Source: a virus (taxonomy: Duplodnaviria > Caudoviricetes). Taken from it: a stretch of 64,000 nt of DNA. Below, one piece after another: positions 47,904-57,430 of this stretch (its first letter is position 1; each line of letters begins with the position of its first letter). The position numbers were made by a program, and so were the translations under genes. The stretch lies in IMG/VR virus record IMGVR_UViG_3300025121_000013. One strand, given 5' to 3'. The notes beneath the pieces were generated by a model. That model did no database searches, was not told where the DNA came from, and saw nothing but the letters and a program-made list of their open reading frames with translations.

Positions 47904-48989
47904 CTATTCAACCCTTTCGTACAGATCTTTTTTTTCTATGTCCATTTTGACAAATTTTCTTTTTCCAAAAACCTCTGTTAAAATTTCTCCCCAATTTTTA
48001 TATTCATCGACTGGATTAGATGTCGATGGCATTAATAAATATTCACAAATAGGCAAAGGTATTTTCATGGTTCTTAATTTTATTCCTGTTGGATCTCCTA
48101 ATAATTCTCTACCGATTTGTTTGATCAATTCTAAATCAATAATCGAATCATAAGTTTTTTCTTTGATAATTCTTGTGGGTAAAAGTTCTTTAGTTCTTTT
48201 TGGAATTAATTCTATTTTTGAGCCAATATCAGAAGAAAACCACCATCCTCCCAAAAGTAATCCACTATGATATTTTGGTGATAAAAATATTGAGGTTTGG
48301 GAAAAATCATTATGAACCAATTTTGCATAATTTAAATAACAAGCTATATTGTATAATGAATTTAAAATCCAGGCAACATGCACAGGGTCAATCTTTCCTT
48401 TAAAATAATTTAATATATCCTTTAAAACAAAAACATCTGGAGTTTTCTTTAAAATTAAAACATATTTATTATCATCCGTACTAAAAGATTTTTCAATCTG
48501 AGGTAAATATTTAATCATTTCATTTTTCATATCTTCAGAATAAAATTTAAACTTATTTATATTTTTAAATCCATTCAAATATAAATCTTTTTTATCCTGA
48601 TCAATTACAAACATGACAAGTGAATTACCCACATACATTTTTCCTACGTTGATTTCATGTTGAGTTAAATATTTAAACCTTATAATTTTTCCTTTAATTT
48701 TCAAAATTAAAAGATTTGGATAATCCCAAATATTTTCTTTTACTTTTTCCTTTGCTAATTTTCTTAATTTATTTATATGTTTAAATACTTCACCAGCATT
48801 TTTTTCTTTACATTTATCAGGATGCCATCTATGAGCCAACTTGATAAATATTTGATCTATTTGATCTGGCTCCTTGAATAATATCTCGGGATGCTTGATC
48901 TTAAGTATTTCTTCTCCAGATAAAATGGAGTTTTTATCTCCTACCATGGAAAAAGTATTTTTAATCCTTTCCTGATAAAGTCTTCCCAA
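47904..48989 (-). CDS. J-domain (HPD) plus kinase-like protein
   Basis: LAHRWHPDK J-domain; HVAWILNSLYNIAC..LVHND kinase-like segment. Confidence 0.65.
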   Translation of the reverse strand: MGRLYQERIKNTFSMVGDKNSILSGEEILKIKHPEILFKEPDQIDQIFIKLAHRWHPDKCKEKNAGEVFKHINKLRKLAKEKVKENIWDYPNLLILKIKGKIIRFKYLTQHEINVGKMYVGNSLVMFVIDQDKKDLYLNGFKNINKFKFYSEDMKNEMIKYLPQIEKSFSTDDNKYVLILKKTPDVFVLKDILNYFKGKIDPVHVAWILNSLYNIACYLNYAKLVHNDFSQTSIFLSPKYHSGLLLGGWWFSSDIGSKIELIPKRTKELLPTRIIKEKTYDSIIDLELIKQIGRELLGDPTGIKLRTMKIPLPICEYLLMPSTSNPVDEYKNWGEILTEVFGKRKFVKMDIEKKDLYERVE

Positions 48990-49162
48990 CTTAGAACTTT
49001 AAAATATACACAATACTTAAAACATTCAACACTTATATTTAATTTTGAACATTTTCCATCTATGGATCTTTTTTTAGATTTAAAAAATTTACAATTTTCA
49101 CATCTTTGATATGAGAGAATGCTAGAAAGATAAAATAATCTCTCTCTTAAATTAAGACTCAT
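48941..49162 (-). CDS. Small Cys-rich protein
   Basis: CENCKFF..GKC..C..YC. Confidence 0.55.
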   Translation of the reverse strand: MSLNLRERLFYLSSILSYQRCENCKFFKSKKRSIDGKCSKLNISVECFKYCVYFKVLSWEDFIRKGLKILFPW

Positions 49163-49171
49163 GCTATGTGA

Positions 49172-49465
49172 TTATCTTTTTCTTGTTTTCAAACTATTTT
49201 TAATCTCTTCAAATTCTTCATTGGTCAATGGCTTAAAACAAGGTCCAGCGGGAATTACTTGCATGTTAAATCCAGAACTAAACTTTTTTCCATCTTTTTT
49301 AATTTTGAAGATCTGAGGAAATTGAAGGGCACAATCCATTGTTTCATCGAGATTCCATAATGCCTTACACCCTTTGCAATAAAAAGCATCTTTCAGTTCA
49401 AGACTTAAACCTTTCATTCTATTCTCCTTTTGATAAGTCTGGTAGCCTTCTGAGTTTTTCAGCAT
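49172..49465 (-). CDS. Hypothetical protein
   Basis: CKGC..C..C. Confidence 0.5.
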   Translation of the reverse strand: MLKNSEGYQTYQKENRMKGLSLELKDAFYCKGCKALWNLDETMDCALQFPQIFKIKKDGKKFSSGFNMQVIPAGPCFKPLTNEEFEEIKNSLKTRKR

Positions 49466-49781
49466 AATTACGAAAATCGAATTTCTTAATTGTGATTTCT
49501 AAAATAAAATCATCATCCCAAAAACCTCTATCTTTCATTTCTAATAATATGCATCTTGGACAGTGTCTTTTATTAATTTTATTAACGTCATTACAATTAA
49601 CATTTTCATGATCTTTAAAATATTCTAAAAGGAGATCTATATTTTGAAATCCAAATGTGTTTCTTCTATGTTCTTTTTTAAGATTCTCAAGTTCCAATTC
49701 TTGTTGTCTTTGATTCAATTCATTTTTTAAATCTTTTATTTTATTGATTATCTCCTGATTAGTCATCTTTTTTTCTGACAT
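49419..49781 (-). CDS. Hypothetical protein
   Basis: Coiled coil + CNDVN..CPRC. Confidence 0.6.
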   Translation of the reverse strand: MSEKKMTNQEIINKIKDLKNELNQRQQELELENLKKEHRRNTFGFQNIDLLLEYFKDHENVNCNDVNKINKRHCPRCILLEMKDRGFWDDDFILEITIKKFDFRNYAEKLRRLPDLSKGE

Positions 49782-49784
49782 CGT

Positions 49785-50696
49785 TTAGGAAGGTCCTCTC
49801 CAATCGTACTTAGATAAAATATTTTCAAGGTCTAAAAATAATTTTTGAAAATCTCCCAATCCATCTAACGATTTCATTGCAGAATCCAGAGAACCATAAT
49901 GTTCTTCAAGACATGACATTAATAAATTTTTCAGCTCTCTTTCCCTTGGATATTGAGGCAATTTACTTTTCAGATATAACCCTTCTAATTGTTTTTCTTT
50001 ATCAGATACATATTTAATTAATTCATCCATTGTCCATTCGCCACGACGTATTGCCTTTAATTGTTCACGATCTCTTTGAAGATCTATATCCCCTTCATTT
50101 AATATTTGCTCTACTTCTAAAAGAAGTCGAACCGCATGGCTACCAAATTTTGTATCCCATCCATATTTTTCAATTAAGGATTTTCTTTTACCAATCGGAT
50201 TTTTAGTTTTTAATTTATGAATTTGTGAAAAAGAATACCCTTTAAAACTCCACCATGCCTTTTTACTTAAAAATATTTTTCTATTTTCTCTAACAATATT
50301 TCCAACCTTTGTCATATGATTAATACAATTGAAAGGGACAAACAAACTGTCAATCATGTTTGGATTATTGTCCATACATAATTGAAAATATTTAACAATA
50401 TTATATATTGTAATATCAAATTCTTTCTTTTGTTCTTTATCTAAAATATGATGTTGTTGAAATTGATCGAATCTCTCTCCTTGATTTCCAAAACTACGAA
50501 TAATTCCTAAAGTATGAGGAAATACAATTTCTCTTGGAGGGATACAAAAACCGTATAAATCAACATCAGATAATTCTTGGGAAATGCCGTACGCATAACT
50601 TCCCATGGTCACTAAATAATGACAATCTTCAATAATCCATTTTTTAATTCCTTTGGGTAATAAACCCTTTTTAAATAAGTCAGCTAAAATATTCAT
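49785..50696 (-). CDS. Nucleotidyltransferase (Pol beta superfamily)
   Basis: GSYAYG..SDVDLYG; NNPNMIDSL; KFGSHAVRL. Confidence 0.85.
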   Translation of the reverse strand: MNILADLFKKGLLPKGIKKWIIEDCHYLVTMGSYAYGISQELSDVDLYGFCIPPREIVFPHTLGIIRSFGNQGERFDQFQQHHILDKEQKKEFDITIYNIVKYFQLCMDNNPNMIDSLFVPFNCINHMTKVGNIVRENRKIFLSKKAWWSFKGYSFSQIHKLKTKNPIGKRKSLIEKYGWDTKFGSHAVRLLLEVEQILNEGDIDLQRDREQLKAIRRGEWTMDELIKYVSDKEKQLEGLYLKSKLPQYPRERELKNLLMSCLEEHYGSLDSAMKSLDGLGDFQKLFLDLENILSKYDWRGPS

Positions 50697-50705
50697 TTTA
50701 TATTT

Positions 50706-51185
50706 TTAAGGTTTATAATCATAAATAAAAATTGGAATATTATTTTTAGAAAAATATTTAATCAATAAAGGTTCAATTTTTTCCCATTTTCCCCCGGCTA
50801 ATCCACAGCCTATTCTTGGGGCATGAATTGATATATTATTTAACTTTTTATATAAAATAAATTCTGAAATTTCTTTTAAACATTTTTCTAACGCATCATA
50901 ACGTATTGGTGAAATATTATTTTTTGATCTTATGCCATGTTGAGCGATCATATTTATAACTGTGATTTCATCTGATACTTTACAAAATTGACAACTGCCC
51001 AAAATAGAATTACCAGCTTTGGATATAACTAAAAATTTAGCTTGCGGAAAAGACCATTTTTTAGAAATTGCTAAAACAAACCCAGCGCCCCATTTTCCAA
51101 TATCATTGCAAACATGAATAATATATTTTTTCCCAGATCCTATGGGATTTGTCGCATCTCCATTTGTATATGTTATATCAATCAT
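50706..51185 (-). CDS. Macrodomain ADP-ribose-processing protein
   Basis: GDAT, IIHVCND.GKWGAGF, NMIAQ, PRIGCGLAGGKW. Confidence 0.9.
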   Translation of the reverse strand: MIDITYTNGDATNPIGSGKKYIIHVCNDIGKWGAGFVLAISKKWSFPQAKFLVISKAGNSILGSCQFCKVSDEITVINMIAQHGIRSKNNISPIRYDALEKCLKEISEFILYKKLNNISIHAPRIGCGLAGGKWEKIEPLLIKYFSKNNIPIFIYDYKP

Positions 51186-51477
51186 TATATTCCTCTGGAT
51201 GAAACTTTCTATTTATTTCATCCCATTTTTCTTCAATATAATTTCTTTCATCCCAAGAAGAATCTATATAAATTATACCAGGTACATTATGACAAGTTGC
51301 CCCATGCTCAATAATTTCTTTTTCAAAATCTTCTTCATTGTTTCCATCATAATCTTCTGAGGTAAAAACTCCAGCAAATGCACCATGCATTATATTTCCT
51401 CGTAAAATAACTTGTCGTTCTCCAAAACCTTTATCAATAAGATCTTCAATTATTTCTTTCATTTCTAGAAGAGTCAT
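51178..51477 (-). CDS. Hypothetical acidic protein
   Basis: 99-aa ORF. Confidence 0.55.
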   Translation of the reverse strand: MTLLEMKEIIEDLIDKGFGERQVILRGNIMHGAFAGVFTSEDYDGNNEEDFEKEIIEHGATCHNVPGIIYIDSSWDERNYIEEKWDEINRKFHPEEYND

Positions 51478-51523
51478 AAAAATTGATTCCTTTCTTTTAA
51501 TCTTTGAGATTCAAGAAAAATAC

Positions 51524-51826
51524 TCACTTTATTTCAGTTTTGATAAATGTTTCATAAATCCAATTTTTAAAATCCATAAGTGAGTTGAACATTTCAACCT
51601 CATAACCTTTTTTAATTGCTTCCTCTAAAAACTCCTTAAGATCCTCAGATGGTTCAATCCCTAATAATTCAGTTCTTGTTTCCAAAGAAATAAATGAATA
51701 AATATTATCATTAGTTTTGATCAAAAATCCACTTTCATCGTCTCTTCTAGCTATAAACCATTTTTCATCATCACATTGATCAGCAAAAATAACTTGTTCT
51801 TCCCCATAAGTCGGGATGACTTTCAT
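51524..51826 (-). CDS. Hypothetical protein
   Basis: 100-aa ORF. Confidence 0.55.
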   Translation of the reverse strand: MKVIPTYGEEQVIFADQCDDEKWFIARRDDESGFLIKTNDNIYSFISLETRTELLGIEPSEDLKEFLEEAIKKGYEVEMFNSLMDFKNWIYETFIKTEIK

Positions 51827-51835
51827 TCTATATTC

Positions 51836-52090
51836 CTATTCCTCGAGATTTGGCTCTTCAATAATTCCAGTGAAAAACTTATGCCATTCTTCCGCCCAAT
51901 CTTTTCGATAAATATTTGGATGAACTGTTCCCATTCTTCTTAAAGGATTTAATGCCACTGAACATAAACGAACAGGACATTTAGAACAAATTTCACAGTC
52001 ATTCAAAATTTTGAAATATTTGCAATTAGGAGGACAAAGCATTGGAAAAGAAAAACCAGAAACTTTGATTTTACAACGATCTTCACTCAT
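51836..52090 (-). CDS. Small Cys-rich protein
   Basis: CPPNC..CEICSKCPVRLC. Confidence 0.6.
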   Translation of the reverse strand: MSEDRCKIKVSGFSFPMLCPPNCKYFKILNDCEICSKCPVRLCSVALNPLRRMGTVHPNIYRKDWAEEWHKFFTGIIEEPNLEE

Positions 52091-52142
52091 TTGCTTTTTA
52101 TCCTTTCTACTCCGTTTTAAAACTATTTTTTAGTTTTCTTTT

Positions 52143-52874
52143 TTAAGAAAATTGCCAAACAATACTTTTTGAAAAAGGTAATATATAAATATCAAAATAT
52201 TTTTGTTTGTCAACCTCATTTATATCAATCAATTTAAAAGAATTTTCGTTTAGATAAACTTCTCCATATTCTTTAAGGAGAATACTATATTTATCTTCAA
52301 ATGGAATGCAAAATAATTCTATATCATCGCATTCAAATAAATAATTTTTTATTTTTTGTAACCCTTTAAAAATTGAACCCCTTTCAGCAAAATTTAGTTT
52401 TATTATTTTTTCATATAGATAATTCATTCTTTCATATTGATGTGAAACTCCTTTTATTTTAAGTTTGTTTTTTTGACTATCAAAAGATATATACATATTT
52501 CTATTTATCGAAATCAAGAATTTATCAAAAATATTTTGTAATTCTAATGGTAAAAATAAATCTATTTTTTCTCTGTTTAATTTTTTTGTTAATAACAAAC
52601 CATCATATTGTCTTATTACGATTTCTGAATTATCAATATTATTTATTCTTATATATTCGTCTATAATTTTTTCTGTCGTATTTCTAAGTAATTTAATAAG
52701 TTTAGGATTATCCCTCATTTTTTTACCGATTTCAATATTTCTTTGTTCTTTATCATTCTCATTTATATTAGATAAATCTGTACATAAATTTTTTAAAATA
52801 GAATAATGACAAGATCTTATGTCATAAGAATAAACATTATTTAAATAATATGAAACCGATTCATTTATTTTCAT
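52143..52874 (-). CDS. Family-B DNA polymerase palm-like small protein
   Basis: YSYDIRSCHYSIL (motif A-like), RQYDGL (motif C-like), KIKG. Confidence 0.5.
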   Translation of the reverse strand: MKINESVSYYLNNVYSYDIRSCHYSILKNLCTDLSNINENDKEQRNIEIGKKMRDNPKLIKLLRNTTEKIIDEYIRINNIDNSEIVIRQYDGLLLTKKLNREKIDLFLPLELQNIFDKFLISINRNMYISFDSQKNKLKIKGVSHQYERMNYLYEKIIKLNFAERGSIFKGLQKIKNYLFECDDIELFCIPFEDKYSILLKEYGEVYLNENSFKLIDINEVDKQKYFDIYILPFSKSIVWQFS

Positions 52875-53823
52875 TCAAGACACGTTCTATTTCTAAAGGG
52901 GTTACAAAGCTAGTTCCAATTTTTCCAACTACAATCCCTCCTGCAATATTTGCAATTTTTATCGCTTGAAAAATTTCACTTTGTTTGGATATCTCTAAAC
53001 CAAGTGTGGCTAGAACTGTATCCCCAGCCCCGCATACATCAAAAACTTGTCTTGGCCTTTTTGCTGGAAACTGTTTTTCATAAGTTTTTCCATATAATGA
53101 CATACCATTTTTTCCTCTGGTTATTATTACATTTTGAACATCTGCTTCATTTAAAATATATTTTCCCATCTCTGATAATTTTTCTTTTTTAGAAAACTCT
53201 TTTGCTTCTTTTAAATTTGGTGTAATTGCATAAACTTTTCCATATTTCTTATAATCAGTTCCTTTTGGATCAACCAAAATATAAGAGTCTTTAAACTTAT
53301 TAGAAAGATAATTTATAATTGAACTTTCAACAACTCCTTTTAAATAATCAGAAATTAATATGACATGAATTTCTACATTTATTTTTTCAATAATATCTTT
53401 AAAATTTTTTATTTGACTATCAGACACTATAGTTTTTATTTCTTCATCAATTCTTAAAAGTTGTTGTCTATTTGACATAATTCTAACTTTAGTCGTTGTT
53501 TTTCTTTCTTTAGTTCTTAAAACTCCATCTGTATTAATATTATTTCTTTCACAAATCTCTAAAATTTTTCTTGATGATTTATCATCTCCAATAATACTAC
53601 ATAAAAAAGCATTTCCACCCAATGAAGAAATATTATTTGCAACATTTCCACACCCACCAAGATTATAAGATTTGTCAACCACTTCGACAATTGGAACTGG
53701 AGCTTCTGGGGAAATTCTTTCAACATTTCCCCAAATATAATAATCTAACATTAAGTCTCCAAAAATTAAAACATTTTTTCCTCTGTAATCAATTTTTTTA
53801 TAATCATCTTTTTTTTCTTTCAT
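52861..53823 (-). CDS. hldE: D-glycero-beta-D-manno-heptose-7-phosphate kinase (HldE/RfaE kinase domain only)
   Basis: GDLMLD..G.VERISPEAPVP, LGGCGNVA, SDYLKG, VDPKG, TPNL, VFDVCGAGDT. Confidence 0.92.
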   Translation of the reverse strand: MKEKKDDYKKIDYRGKNVLIFGDLMLDYYIWGNVERISPEAPVPIVEVVDKSYNLGGCGNVANNISSLGGNAFLCSIIGDDKSSRKILEICERNNINTDGVLRTKERKTTTKVRIMSNRQQLLRIDEEIKTIVSDSQIKNFKDIIEKINVEIHVILISDYLKGVVESSIINYLSNKFKDSYILVDPKGTDYKKYGKVYAITPNLKEAKEFSKKEKLSEMGKYILNEADVQNVIITRGKNGMSLYGKTYEKQFPAKRPRQVFDVCGAGDTVLATLGLEISKQSEIFQAIKIANIAGGIVVGKIGTSFVTPLEIERVLNENK

Positions 53824-53844
53824 TATTTTTCTCCCTTCAATTCT

Positions 53845-53882
53845 AGGGGGTTGGGAGAAATTTAGTTTTCTCCCAACCCCCT
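53845..53882. terminator. 16-bp perfect hairpin; U-tract only on the + (antisense) strand
   Basis: AGGGGGTTGGGAGAAA-TTTAGT-TTTCTCCCAACCCCCT-TTT. Confidence 0.6.
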
Positions 53883-53916
53883 TTTATCGTTTACGGGTTT
53901 AGTTGTTCATATTCGC

Positions 53917-54687
53917 TTAACTTTTTTCAACATTAAAAAACAAATTTAACAAAACTTCATCAATCTGAATATAATGATTAACGTCAAAAATATTTGTAAG
54001 TCTTTCATTAAACCATTTAACCACTTCACCCAAAGTTTTAAATTCAATATTTGTTTTTGAAATCTGGGGGTAAAGTAAAACGATATCTTCCATATTTACA
54101 GGTTTATTCATTTGAGATTGAATCGCTTCAATATTCTCGATTGGAATAGAAATTGAAGCTTTGCCGATATCTTTTCTTTTGATTTTATTTCCAATGGGAA
54201 ACGGTACACACCCATCTTCAGTGATGCCACATAAACGATAAAAAAGGCCAGTTTTTGTTCCATACGTTTTAATAAAAAGTTTTTCATTTATTCCATAAAG
54301 AATAAAAAATCCATTATTAAAAATTTTCATTCCAACAGGAGGTAGGGACAAAACCGGTGTGGTATTTGCCCTAGTAATAACCTTAATCAATTTCTTTGGA
54401 TTTCCTTTGAATTCCCCACCTTTTGGATCAAGGTATGAACACACCATAGTTTCCATAGGGTCAATGCCCCTAATGTCAATTTGAGAATGATTAATATTTG
54501 GAAGTTGTTTACTATATTTTAAAAACCAAGATGAAAAATCTATAATTGGCGCAGAAAAATTATTTGTCGTTTGACTAATTTCTTTTTTTTCTTCGACAGG
54601 ATTTTTTTCTGTCTGTTCAATTGATTCTTTAGATTGATTTACCATATTGTCTGGATTCTCATTCTTCACAAGATCTGCTAAATTCAT
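53917..54687 (-). CDS. Hypothetical protein
   Basis: 256-aa ORF. Confidence 0.7.
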   Translation of the reverse strand: MNLADLVKNENPDNMVNQSKESIEQTEKNPVEEKKEISQTTNNFSAPIIDFSSWFLKYSKQLPNINHSQIDIRGIDPMETMVCSYLDPKGGEFKGNPKKLIKVITRANTTPVLSLPPVGMKIFNNGFFILYGINEKLFIKTYGTKTGLFYRLCGITEDGCVPFPIGNKIKRKDIGKASISIPIENIEAIQSQMNKPVNMEDIVLLYPQISKTNIEFKTLGEVVKWFNERLTNIFDVNHYIQIDEVLLNLFFNVEKS

Positions 54688-54941
54688 TTTTTCTCTCTCC
54701 GTTTTTTATTGTTGTCTCTCAGTGAAAAGTATTCAGATAATGATAAAATATTATCGTCTTTTTCTGTGCTCAATACTCTTTTAACAAATGTGAAATCTTC
54801 AATTTCCTTTGAAACATCTCTCCTATAAAATTTTGGATAACCTAGTCCTAATTCTAAAAATGAACACAATTCAGAATCAGGTGGAATTTTTATCATAATA
54901 TTTAATTTGGTGTCTTTATATACATGAAATATATTAGACAT
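54684..54941 (-). CDS. Hypothetical protein
   Basis: 85-aa ORF, coupled. Confidence 0.55.
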   Translation of the reverse strand: MSNIFHVYKDTKLNIMIKIPPDSELCSFLELGLGYPKFYRRDVSKEIEDFTFVKRVLSTEKDDNILSLSEYFSLRDNNKKRREKK

Positions 54942-55605
54942 TTTTTATATCTTCAATAACAATATTTTTAAATCCTGGCCAATTTAATTTTCCTGCTAAA
55001 GTTAAACAAGAATCATAATATTCACAATCTTTTTCATATTGATTTTTTCCAGATTTTAAAAAGTTAGAACAACGATCTTCGACTTTTCCTGAAATCAAAA
55101 TACACTTCCCATTTTTAATTTGTTGTTTTTCAAAATAAGGATTTTCTTTAATAGCTTTTACACATTTAAAACAAATGTTATATTTTTCTAAAATTTCCAC
55201 TTGAGACTTTTGATAAATTGGAGATGAAACCATTCTAGATTCTTGACAATTAGAACATTTCAAAGAAAAAGGTTTTAAATTATTATCACTTCTTGTTTTG
55301 ATTCCTGTTGAATTCTCAATCCTTCTACAAGAAATACAAATAATTTCTCCCTTAATATATCTTTCTTTTTTAATATTAAATTCATTTAATGAGACTCCTC
55401 TTTTTATATTACATTTTGGACATTTAATAATTTTAATTTCTTTTTCATTAACTACAAAAACTGATCCCTCTTCAACAGTTTCATAACAACGTTTACAAAT
55501 TAAAAAATTCATATTTCGGCTTGGCCAAAATTTATCTCCTTTGACTTGAAATCTTTTATTGCAGCAAGGGCAAAAAACAGAAAAAATCCGAAATGGATCG
55601 GGCAT
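54934..55605 (-). CDS. Multi-zinc-ribbon protein
   Basis: CPCC, CKRC, CPKC, CISC, CSNC, CFKC plus C-terminal Cys cluster. Confidence 0.65.
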   Translation of the reverse strand: MPDPFRIFSVFCPCCNKRFQVKGDKFWPSRNMNFLICKRCYETVEEGSVFVVNEKEIKIIKCPKCNIKRGVSLNEFNIKKERYIKGEIICISCRRIENSTGIKTRSDNNLKPFSLKCSNCQESRMVSSPIYQKSQVEILEKYNICFKCVKAIKENPYFEKQQIKNGKCILISGKVEDRCSNFLKSGKNQYEKDCEYYDSCLTLAGKLNWPGFKNIVIEDIKNV

Positions 55606-55621
55606 CCAAAGATCTTTCTTT

Positions 55622-56254
55622 TTAGATTTTTTCTAAAAGGTTCTTTTTTAGATTCTTATTATTCATCCAATGCTCATCAGTTTGAACATGATGTTTCCTA
55701 ACATATTTAACAACTGATTTATTAAAATCTTCAAATTTAAAAGAGTCAAATAATCTTATGACATACCCTTCAGTTTTTTCAAAATTTAAATCATTTTGAA
55801 CATGTAATATTTCTTCTTCATCCCATAAAAATATTTTAAAAATTGGAACAAAAGTTAAACCAAAATAACTACATAGTCTTTTTGTATCATCCAAACTTAA
55901 ACATATATTATTTTCCCAAATCGAAAACACTAAAAAGAAATCTTTTAAGTTATCATATTTTATACTTTTTTGATAATGAAGATTCTCACCACATATTCTT
56001 ATATTTTCTGGAATTAAAGATTTAATATTTCCATGAATTCTATTTACATAATGTCTTGAAAAATGTCCAGAAAATGAATCTAAACTTCTGTGCCAAATTT
56101 TCTCTCTAGTCATGGATGTATTTTCACCATCCATTTTTTCAGTCATCACTACAATTTTGTTTTTAAAATTTTCTAAATCAAAAAGAGTCCTATCATCTTT
56201 TGTTTTCCCGGGACTCCATGGAAGATGAAATGTTTTTGGATATTTTTCTAACAC
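55622..56254 (-). CDS. RNA ligase (second, compact type)
   Basis: KYPKTFHLPWS, TEKMDGEN, CGEN, EGYVIR, KYVR. Confidence 0.85.
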   Translation of the reverse strand: MLEKYPKTFHLPWSPGKTKDDRTLFDLENFKNKIVVMTEKMDGENTSMTREKIWHRSLDSFSGHFSRHYVNRIHGNIKSLIPENIRICGENLHYQKSIKYDNLKDFFLVFSIWENNICLSLDDTKRLCSYFGLTFVPIFKIFLWDEEEILHVQNDLNFEKTEGYVIRLFDSFKFEDFNKSVVKYVRKHHVQTDEHWMNNKNLKKNLLEKI

Positions 56255-57360
56255 TATTCCCTCTCTTGAATTGTCCTTTCAAAAGTTCTTTTTCTAATTG
56301 CAATTCCTGGTTGAAATGGCTTTGGTTGAAAAAGAACTAATCTTTCCCAATCAGTCCTCTTTCCTTTTTCTCGATAACCTTCTTCCCATTTAACATTTTT
56401 CAACCAGGATGGAAATTTTCCCTCTCCATATTTATAGAATGCAAATTCTGTAAGTCTTGTATTAAATCTAAGCAATGGAAGGGCTGTATACAAATAATAA
56501 TTTCTTTTATCAATTAGATCAAGCATAATTTCTTTCGTTATATCATATTTCTTAAAATCTCCTGAAAAATCTATATCAATATCGCATTCAAAACACTGAA
56601 CTTTATTTGATACTAAATCTGAGGTATCTTTTTTAGGCGATGGAGTAAAATCTTTATCAGAGGAAGTTAAAGGAATTTTTTTCTTCATCTCTTTAATCTG
56701 TTCAAAAATATTTTGACATTCTTCTGTGAGTCTCTTCTCTAAAATTTTTGTAATGAAATAATATTGACCATAAAAACTAATCCATCTATTTGGGTGAACA
56801 AAGTTTTTAAAGATAATTTTGTTCTCTGTCAAAATTTGGGTTTCTTGAAGAAATTTATTTTCATCATTATTTGGCAGAAATTGAATTTCATGCCACCCAT
56901 CATAAAATTCTCCAGAAGGATCTGTGATGTTGAAATTTCTGGGAAACCCGACTTTATCAGTTGTCATGACATTCATATCAATGACTCTAACTGAAAATGC
57001 AAATGTTTCTTTATTTGACATAACGCCAACTAATTTTCCATGTCGATTTTTCGAAGAAACAATCATTTGTTCTTCGTTAATGGTTTTAGCGGTTCTACTT
57101 TTATAAACTGGAAGATTGATAATTGCGGAACGTCCTGATAGAGAATAAAGAAATGTCGCCAAATCTAAATCAGTACTTTGAAAAGTATTTCCGTCATTAT
57201 AGGCTGGAGAAGGTTTTCGATTCATTAAATCGTATTTCCAAAAATTTAATACCTCTGGAATTAAATCCATAACATCTTTTTCTCTATTAATAATGTCAAG
57301 AACCATTGGGTTTTCAAGGATAGAAAGAAGCGCCATTGAAACTTTCTTTTTCTCGGTCAT
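56254..57360 (-). CDS. Hypothetical protein
   Basis: 368-aa ORF. Confidence 0.75.
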   Translation of the reverse strand: MTEKKKVSMALLSILENPMVLDIINREKDVMDLIPEVLNFWKYDLMNRKPSPAYNDGNTFQSTDLDLATFLYSLSGRSAIINLPVYKSRTAKTINEEQMIVSSKNRHGKLVGVMSNKETFAFSVRVIDMNVMTTDKVGFPRNFNITDPSGEFYDGWHEIQFLPNNDENKFLQETQILTENKIIFKNFVHPNRWISFYGQYYFITKILEKRLTEECQNIFEQIKEMKKKIPLTSSDKDFTPSPKKDTSDLVSNKVQCFECDIDIDFSGDFKKYDITKEIMLDLIDKRNYYLYTALPLLRFNTRLTEFAFYKYGEGKFPSWLKNVKWEEGYREKGKRTDWERLVLFQPKPFQPGIAIRKRTFERTIQERE

Positions 57361-57430
57361 CTTTTTTCCTTTTTCAAAGATCTTTTATGTTCTAAAGAAG
57401 AGGGAAACCTAAATTCATATAGATGTTGGA

